Part shown: positions 34,441 through 39,761 of the stretch, in pieces
Layout of the letters: each line of letters opens with the position of its first letter
Numbering within the stretch: the stretch's first letter is position 1
Assembly: GCA_964611285.1 (NCBI GenBank)
Contig: CAZSZY010000005.1
Coordinates: forward strand, 1-39,761
Length of the DNA stretch: 39,761 nt
From: an uncultured Methanosarcinales archaeon
Lineage (GTDB): Archaea; Nanobdellota; Nanobdellia; Woesearchaeales; SKGA01
Reading direction: 5' to 3'
The notes under the pieces: model-generated
The model's input: only the letters and a program-made list of their open reading frames with translations
What the model was told of the DNA's origin: nothing
Databases searched by the model: none
Program-made: the position numbers and the translations under genes

Positions 34441-34803
34441 ATGGCTGAAGACTATTTTGTAAGAATTGATGATGTTAAACACATCGAAGGACAACGCTTG
34501 CAAGTAGCTCGGCGAGTACTTCTTTCATCTGCAGCATATCTCACATTAAAAGATATTCGTGTGAGAAAAGCGCAACTAACAGCTAATCTTAAAATACAAA
34601 TGGATTCTACTGCTCACTTGTTTCATCAACTAGAGGGATTTTTACCTCACCAAGAATTATTATCCAAAAAAGATATTTCAAAGCCAAATGAACCAAAACG
34701 AGAAAAAATAGTTTCGCCCGTCAGTGTATCAACTCATAAAATGGAGAAATTGCAAGAAGCGTTAGCTCTTATTGAGAAAAAAATTGAAAGCTTAAACTTG
34801 TAG
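34441..34803 (+). CDS. Hypothetical coiled-coil protein (paralogue 3 of 3)
   Basis: YFVRIDDVKHIEGQRLQVARRVL... Start ambiguous: ATG 34441 is preferred, with ATG 34429 and TTG 34420 as alternatives. Confidence 0.5.
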   Translation: MAEDYFVRIDDVKHIEGQRLQVARRVLLSSAAYLTLKDIRVRKAQLTANLKIQMDSTAHLFHQLEGFLPHQELLSKKDISKPNEPKREKIVSPVSVSTHKMEKLQEALALIEKKIESLNL

Positions 34804-34852
34804 AAGTTTTTATAAACAATTTCTTATTCTTTTTACCTAAGCAATTAGTTAT

Positions 34853-34936
34853 GCGGGGATGCCGGAGTGGTCAAACGGGGCAGACTCAAAATCTGTTGGC
34901 TTAGTGCCTACGAGGGTTCGAACCCCTTTCCCCGCA
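34853..34936 (+). tRNA. tRNA-Leu (anticodon CAA), class II with long variable arm, no intron, CCA not encoded
   Basis: Acceptor GCGGGGA/TCCCCGC with discriminator A. Anticodon stem GCAGA/TCTGT and loop CT-CAA-AA. Variable arm GGC-TTAG-TGCC. T arm GAGGG-TTCGAAC-CCCTT. TATA-like ttttataaa lies about 40 nt upstream. Confidence 0.9.
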
Positions 34937-34955
34937 GTTTTTTTACGAAAAAAAC
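34937..34955 (+). terminator. T7 tract / perfect hairpin after tRNA-Leu
   Basis: GTTTTTTT-ACG-AAAAAAAC lies immediately 3' of the tRNA. Confidence 0.5.
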
Positions 34956-34970
34956 CGGGAAAAAAGAAGT

Positions 34971-36314
34971 ATGTTTCGCGCTTTGCGCTCAAGCATACGG
35001 AAATATAAATTGACATTCACAATTATTCCTCTTGGTGGCGCACAAGAAATTGGTCGCAATTGCTTCGCTATAGATATTAATAGAAAAATAGTCATTCTTG
35101 ATATGGGTTTTCATTTAGAACGATTTATTGAGTTAACAGAAACTGACTTTCCTAATAAAAAACATTCATTAAGACAATTTATTTCATCAGGTGCTCTTCC
35201 AAATATCAGACTTCTTCGTAAAAGAAAAAAAGATGTTGTTGGTATTGTTTGTTCTCACGCACATTTAGACCATGTCGCGGGCATTCCTTTTCTAGCTAAA
35301 CGTTTTAATTGCGACGTGCATGCAACACCTTTTACAGGACAATTAATTCGCTCTTTAGCCGAAGATAGAGGAGTTAAAGTGAGTATCAAACAACACGCTC
35401 CAAAAAGCACTTTTATGATAGGCGAGATTAAAATTGAATTTATTCCTATTGCGCACTCTACACCTCAAACAGTTGCAGTTGCAATTCATACATCTAATGG
35501 CGTTGTTCTTTATGCTAATGATTTTAAAAATGATCAGTCTCCTCCTTTTGAAGAAGCAACAGATATAAAACGACTTGCAGAATTAAAAGGTAAAGTAAAA
35601 GTGTTGTTGCTTGATTCTCTTTATGCTCCTCGAAATGAATTTTGTCCTTCAGAGCGTATAGCACAAAAAAAACTTAATGATTTAGTTCCAAAATTAAGTG
35701 AGTATCGTGCAATTATTGCATCTACTTTTTCGTCTCATATTTATCGTTTAAGAGAACTTTGTGATGTGGCCGACACGCTTCAAAGAAAAGTTGTTTTTGT
35801 TGGACGCTCGCTAGCAAGATATATTGCTGCAGCAAAAGAAGCTGATGTTGTTGACCTGACGCAGCGAGGAAGTGTTCTTAAATTTGCAAACCAAGCAAGA
35901 AACTTTTTTGCAAAGTTGCAGCATCCAGAAGAATATTTTTTTATTGTGACAGGTCATCAAGGAGAACCTCAAGCAGTATTAAATAGAATGGCAGATGGAT
36001 TGTTTTCATTTACTGCAAAAGATGTAGTTATTTTTTCTTGTCAAATTATTCCTGTACCTATCTCTCTTCAAAACAGAGCAAAATTAGAAGATAAATTGCA
36101 CGCAAAAAAAGTTAATTTATTCACTGATGTTCATGTTTCAGGTCATGCATTTGCAAAAGATCATCAAGCACTACTTTCTTTACTTGAGCCAGAATTTGTT
36201 CTTCCTATTCATGGCGAGCCAAAGATGATACGCGCGATGGAAAAACTCATAAAAAATCATTCTCAAGCAAAACCAGTCATTCTTTCTGTTGGCGAGCGAA
36301 AAGCGTTCTCGTAG
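34971..36314 (+). CDS. rnj: Archaeal RNase J (beta-CASP metallo-beta-lactamase ribonuclease)
   Basis: IIPLGGAQEIGRNCFAI, HAHLDHVAG, and the later IAHS and HVSGHA motifs. 447 aa, without the KH domains of aCPSF1. Confidence 0.82.
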   Translation: MFRALRSSIRKYKLTFTIIPLGGAQEIGRNCFAIDINRKIVILDMGFHLERFIELTETDFPNKKHSLRQFISSGALPNIRLLRKRKKDVVGIVCSHAHLDHVAGIPFLAKRFNCDVHATPFTGQLIRSLAEDRGVKVSIKQHAPKSTFMIGEIKIEFIPIAHSTPQTVAVAIHTSNGVVLYANDFKNDQSPPFEEATDIKRLAELKGKVKVLLLDSLYAPRNEFCPSERIAQKKLNDLVPKLSEYRAIIASTFSSHIYRLRELCDVADTLQRKVVFVGRSLARYIAAAKEADVVDLTQRGSVLKFANQARNFFAKLQHPEEYFFIVTGHQGEPQAVLNRMADGLFSFTAKDVVIFSCQIIPVPISLQNRAKLEDKLHAKKVNLFTDVHVSGHAFAKDHQALLSLLEPEFVLPIHGEPKMIRAMEKLIKNHSQAKPVILSVGERKAFS

Positions 36315-36404
36315 CTGTTTTGGGCTGTTTTATAAACTCCCTAGCACAATATTTATATACGTAGGGCTCATTTTTCTTTTTGTACCACATAGGGGGTCAC
36401 GTGA

Positions 36405-37145
36405 ATGAAACTAACTCTTGCAGAACCAAAATATCTCAAAGAAAGTGTTGCAATTATTTCTGAAATTGTAACTGAGGCAACATTAAAAATAACTTCAGAA
36501 GCCATAGAACTTGTAGCTATGGATCCAGCAAATGTCGCGTTGGTCATCTTCAAATTATTATCATCTTCATTTGTAACATATGAAATTGAAGGTCCAACAA
36601 ATATCACTGTTAACTTAAACAATTTAAAACAAGTTCTTCGTCGAGTAAAAGGTAGCGATACATTAACATTAGAACTTGAAGAAAACAAATTAAAAATAAC
36701 TCTGCAATCAACAAGCAAAAGAACGTTTCACTTACCACTTATTGATTTAGATGATAAAGAACAACGAGTTCCCGATCTTTCTTTTACTGCAACAATCGTT
36801 TCTCAATCAAGTACACTTATTGATGCAGTTGATGATGTGGATGTTGTTGGAGAAAGTGTCACATTTAGCGCAACAGCTGATAAATTTTCTATTAGTAGTA
36901 AAGGCGATTTAACCAAAGCAGCTGTCGATATTCCTGCAGATAAAACAACCAAGATTGTTTGCACAGAAGATAATGCTAAAGCAAAGTATTCAATAGAATA
37001 TTTGAAAAAAATGATGCAGGGTGCAAAGTTAGCTGATGTTGTACAAATTAAATTCAGTAGAGATTATCCTCTTCGTTTAGAATACATTGTGCAAAACAAA
37101 CTAGAATTATCTTTTGTCCTCGCTCCACGTGTTGACAACGATTAA
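36405..37145 (+). CDS. pcn: DNA polymerase sliding clamp PCNA
   Basis: 246 aa; LKESVAIISEIVTEATLKITSEAIELVAMDPANVALV...AKYSIEYLKKM...PLRLEY is PCNA-typical. Confidence 0.92.
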   Translation: MKLTLAEPKYLKESVAIISEIVTEATLKITSEAIELVAMDPANVALVIFKLLSSSFVTYEIEGPTNITVNLNNLKQVLRRVKGSDTLTLELEENKLKITLQSTSKRTFHLPLIDLDDKEQRVPDLSFTATIVSQSSTLIDAVDDVDVVGESVTFSATADKFSISSKGDLTKAAVDIPADKTTKIVCTEDNAKAKYSIEYLKKMMQGAKLADVVQIKFSRDYPLRLEYIVQNKLELSFVLAPRVDND

Positions 37146-37194
37146 TTTTTTTCTCTTATTTTCTTTTTTTGTATATCCTCTTTTCATAACTTCT

Positions 37195-37755
37195 TTAAAG
37201 AATAAATAATCCTTTATGCCATGTCATTCTTTTATGATCTTTCATTTCTTCTTGTCTATTATATGGTTGGTCGTAGATTATTTGTTCCCATGTTGGTTTC
37301 ATAAGTCCAGTTATGTTCGGTTTATCATCAATAAGATAATCTCCTCGAACAAGTGTTTTATCTTTTGTAATTATCATTCTTCGCACCCAAAACATTCCTA
37401 AATGTTGTTTAATCCATTGTTTTTTCCCGTATTCACAATGTTTGTTAAATACATTTGGACTAGTACATATATAGACTTCATTGTTCGCATGCATCAACCT
37501 TTCAATTCCTTCTGTTGCTCCAGGAAATGATTCTAAACTTTCAAAAAAATCTTTCTTGCGACTTATTGCTCTAATATCATCTCCATATTTGACATCATAA
37601 TGAGTTTCAATATCGTGTGTAATCATGGTTTCTCTTGGTACAAACGGTCGTTGAGGATATTTTTCTTGCCATCGTTTATTGTATTCGCCGACGTAGTCTG
37701 CTAAAACACCGTCCATGTCGACCAGATATGTTCCTTTTGGTAGTTCTTGTTTCAT
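37195..37755 (-). CDS. 5'(3')-deoxyribonucleotidase (HAD superfamily, NT5C family)
   Basis: YLVDMDGVLADY is the HAD motif I in its NT5C form. 186 aa, with later ICTSP and LIDDKP motifs. Confidence 0.78.
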   Translation of the reverse strand: MKQELPKGTYLVDMDGVLADYVGEYNKRWQEKYPQRPFVPRETMITHDIETHYDVKYGDDIRAISRKKDFFESLESFPGATEGIERLMHANNEVYICTSPNVFNKHCEYGKKQWIKQHLGMFWVRRMIITKDKTLVRGDYLIDDKPNITGLMKPTWEQIIYDQPYNRQEEMKDHKRMTWHKGLFIL

Positions 37756-37812
37756 GTATAAAGAATTATTTTAGTAACTTTTTTATATTACTATTAATTA
37801 TTTATTATTAAA

Positions 37813-38565
37813 ATGTTTAATGAGCTTAAAACCTTTGGTTTAACCGGTTATGAAATTAAAGTCTATGAAGCGTTGCTCAAGCAAGGTTCTTCATCTGCTA
37901 GAGAATTACATAGTCTTTCAAAAGTACCTATTACAGCCATTTATCCAAATATTAAATCTTTAGAAGAAAAGGGTTTAGTAAAGTCTTTTGCAGGTGACAT
38001 AAAAAAATATGAAGTTATTAATCCCAAAATAGCATTAAAACAACTAGCAGAAAAAAAGTCTGCAGAGTTACTTAACTTACATGAGAAAATTTCTCCGCGC
38101 TTAACCAACCTAAAGAATGAACGGATCGTGAAGCATCTCGATCCAGTAGAACTTTCGGCAGGCGCCAAAGCGTCTTTAGATTTATCCTATTCCTTAGTTG
38201 ATAAAGCTGAAAAGTCTTTTTACATTGTTGGTTGGGGTTTTAGAAAACTCAAGTCTCTTCATAGGGCAGTTAAGTTATTTCAAAAGTTAGGTCAAAAAAA
38301 TATTGATGTCCGAGTTATTTTTGGTGATGATAATGAACGAACCAGATTTTTAGCAAAGAAATGTGATGAATTTGGTGTTCAAGCCCGTTTTTTCCCTATG
38401 AATAATTGCTCGTTAGTCATGGCGGATAGTACTGATTGCAAATTAACATTAAAACGAAGAAATTTACCAGAACAAGTTAATATTCATATTGTAGATACGG
38501 ACTTAGTTTCTGCTTTCAACGATTATGCCTTACTTTTATGGGGAAAAGCCCATATTTTCGAGTAA
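37813..38565 (+). CDS. TrmB-family transcriptional regulator (second copy)
   Basis: LTGYEIKVYEALLKQGSSSARELHSLSKVPITAIYPNIKSLEEKGLV wHTH plus a C-terminal domain. Confidence 0.8.
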   Translation: MFNELKTFGLTGYEIKVYEALLKQGSSSARELHSLSKVPITAIYPNIKSLEEKGLVKSFAGDIKKYEVINPKIALKQLAEKKSAELLNLHEKISPRLTNLKNERIVKHLDPVELSAGAKASLDLSYSLVDKAEKSFYIVGWGFRKLKSLHRAVKLFQKLGQKNIDVRVIFGDDNERTRFLAKKCDEFGVQARFFPMNNCSLVMADSTDCKLTLKRRNLPEQVNIHIVDTDLVSAFNDYALLLWGKAHIFE

Positions 38566-38607
38566 TCTTTACAAATATTTTTATAGGACACTTCTTTTAG
38601 ATTCTTT

Positions 38608-39761
38608 ATGGAGGAGGTTTTGCCAACTGGCTACGAAGATAGTATTCCACATTATAAAGAATACAAAAGAAAACTAGCGCTTAGTCCTATTGCTCAAGAT
38701 TTGCTTCGTATGCGTTATCTAAAGCGCAACCAAGAAGGAAATATTGTAGAAGATCCTGTTGGGATGTTTCATCGAGTAGCGCAAAATATTGCTCTTGGAG
38801 ATAAAAAATATGGTGGAAATGTTAAAGGGGCCGAACAATCTTTTTTTGCACATTTAATTAATCAAGATTTTATTCCGGCTTCACCAATTTTAATGAATGC
38901 AGGAAATACTTTACAATTCTTATTTTCTGATCATGCACTTGATGTGCCTGACTCTGTTGAAGAAATTTTTGATGTGCTTAAGTTAGGCGCAACTATTCAA
39001 CAACATGGAGGTGGAGTTGGTTTTAGCTTTTCTAAAATTCGTCCACGAAAAGACTCAGTATCAGGCATGAAAAATGTGGCTTTTGGTCCGATGAGTGTTA
39101 TGAAAATATTTGATACGTCGTTTAGTGCAATTATTCAAGGCGGAAGAAGAAGCGGAGCAAACATGGCAATACTCCATATCACCCATCCAGATATCATGTC
39201 TTTTATTGAAGCTAAAAGTGACTTACAAGCGTTGCAAAATTTTAATTTATCTGTTGCGGTAACTGATGAATTTATGCAGGCCGTAAATGAAGGTAAAAAT
39301 TTTTCTTTAATTAATCCTCGAAATGGCGAAGTGGTAAGAACAATTCCTGCAAAATTATTATTTGATGCGATTGTCGAGCAATCCTGGCAAACAGGAGATC
39401 CTGGAGTTATTTTTATTGACGAGATGAACAGAAAATATCCTTTCAAAAACAAAGATGTACTTTGCACAGGTTCTTGCGGACAATATGAGTTGGAGTCTTT
39501 TGAAGGCGTTCCTTATGCGCACATTAATCTTCTGAAAATTCTTGTTGAAAAAAATGGCGTGTTTGCAATAGATGAACAAACGCTCCGTCACCTTATTAGA
39601 GATGTCGTTCATTTTTTAGATAACTGTGTCGACATGCACGCATATACAAATGCTATCATTGAAGAAAAAACTAAAGCATCAAGAAAAATAGGTTTAGGAG
39701 TTTTAGGTTTTGCAGACATGCTCTTTAAGATGGGTGTTTCCTACGGTTCTGATGATTCTGT
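38608..39761 (+). CDS. Class II (NrdJ-type) ribonucleotide reductase-like protein, 3'-truncated by the window end, with non-canonical active-site residues
   Basis: Hand-translated open frame running to the window end. RNR family motifs: LLRMRYLKRN, SPILMNAG, DSVEEIF, GGGVGFSFSKIRP, GGRRSGANMAILHITHPDI, FNLSVAV, WQTGDPGVIFID, FLDNCVD, SRKIGLGVLGFADML. Not in the ORF track because there is no stop codon. Confidence 0.85.
   Translation, partial: MEEVLPTGYEDSIPHYKEYKRKLALSPIAQDLLRMRYLKRNQEGNIVEDPVGMFHRVAQNIALGDKKYGGNVKGAEQSFFAHLINQDFIPASPILMNAGNTLQFLFSDHALDVPDSVEEIFDVLKLGATIQQHGGGVGFSFSKIRPRKDSVSGMKNVAFGPMSVMKIFDTSFSAIIQGGRRSGANMAILHITHPDIMSFIEAKSDLQALQNFNLSVAVTDEFMQAVNEGKNFSLINPRNGEVVRTIPAKLLFDAIVEQSWQTGDPGVIFIDEMNRKYPFKNKDVLCTGSCGQYELESFEGVPYAHINLLKILVEKNGVFAIDEQTLRHLIRDVVHFLDNCVDMHAYTNAIIEEKTKASRKIGLGVLGFADMLFKMGVSYGSDDS

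Noticed and set aside
1-39761. Prophage, integrative element, toxin-antitoxin, defence system or intein content.
   Set aside because: I recognised no integrase, transposase, capsid, terminase, restriction or Cas signature in any frame. The tRNA-Leu has no adjacent integrase or direct repeat. GyrA, RadA, PCNA and the RNR-like protein have lengths and collinear motifs that leave no room for inteins.

Overview
AT-rich, very gene-dense archaeal chromosomal segment, with many 1-16 nt start/stop overlaps, GGAGG-type Shine-Dalgarno sites and TATA-box promoters. The core (4.1-19.6 kb, + strand) is the archaeal ribosomal-protein supercluster: uL3-uL4-uL23-uL2-uS19-uL22-uS3-uL29-aSUI1-Rpp29-uS17-uL14-uL24-eS4-uL5-uS14-uS8-uL6-eL32-eL19-uL18-uS5-uL30-uL15-SecY-DUF106/Oxa1-like-eL34-eL14. 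Flanking it are DNA replication, repair and chromosome genes: Hef, a fused PriS/PriL-CTD primase, RadA, RadB, GyrA, ScpB, PCNA, RNase J, an NT5C-type deoxyribonucleotidase and a partial class II RNR-like gene. Also present are Pelota, uS2, two TrmB-family regulators, a TRAM protein, one tRNA-Leu(CAA) and several uncharacterised small, membrane or surface proteins. The fused primase, the absence of adk/cmk from the SecY neighbourhood and the long K/E-rich protein tails suggest a reduced-genome (DPANN-like) archaeon; this is inference only. No CRISPR array, transposase, integrase or rRNA was seen. Observations most worth follow-up: (1) a nearly identical ~35-44 nt hairpin-forming module, encoding VAGAQKQ[KE]VS, in the C-terminal tails of uS3, uS5 and uL15, with a related hairpin in a long promoter-driven region upstream of rps2; (2) a 360-bp divergent intergenic region with about 12 copies of TGAGACT around one canonical-looking ORB (Orc1/Cdc6-box) element, next to a wHTH gene and a PC4-like/radA pair; (3) an ArmA/RmtB (FmrO)-family 16S rRNA methyltransferase homologue overlapping pelota; (4) an RNR-like gene in which four of the five canonical catalytic residues appear substituted; (5) RadA with a non-canonical Walker A (GQYGSSKT); (6) three translationally coupled paralogous coiled-coil genes of unknown function.
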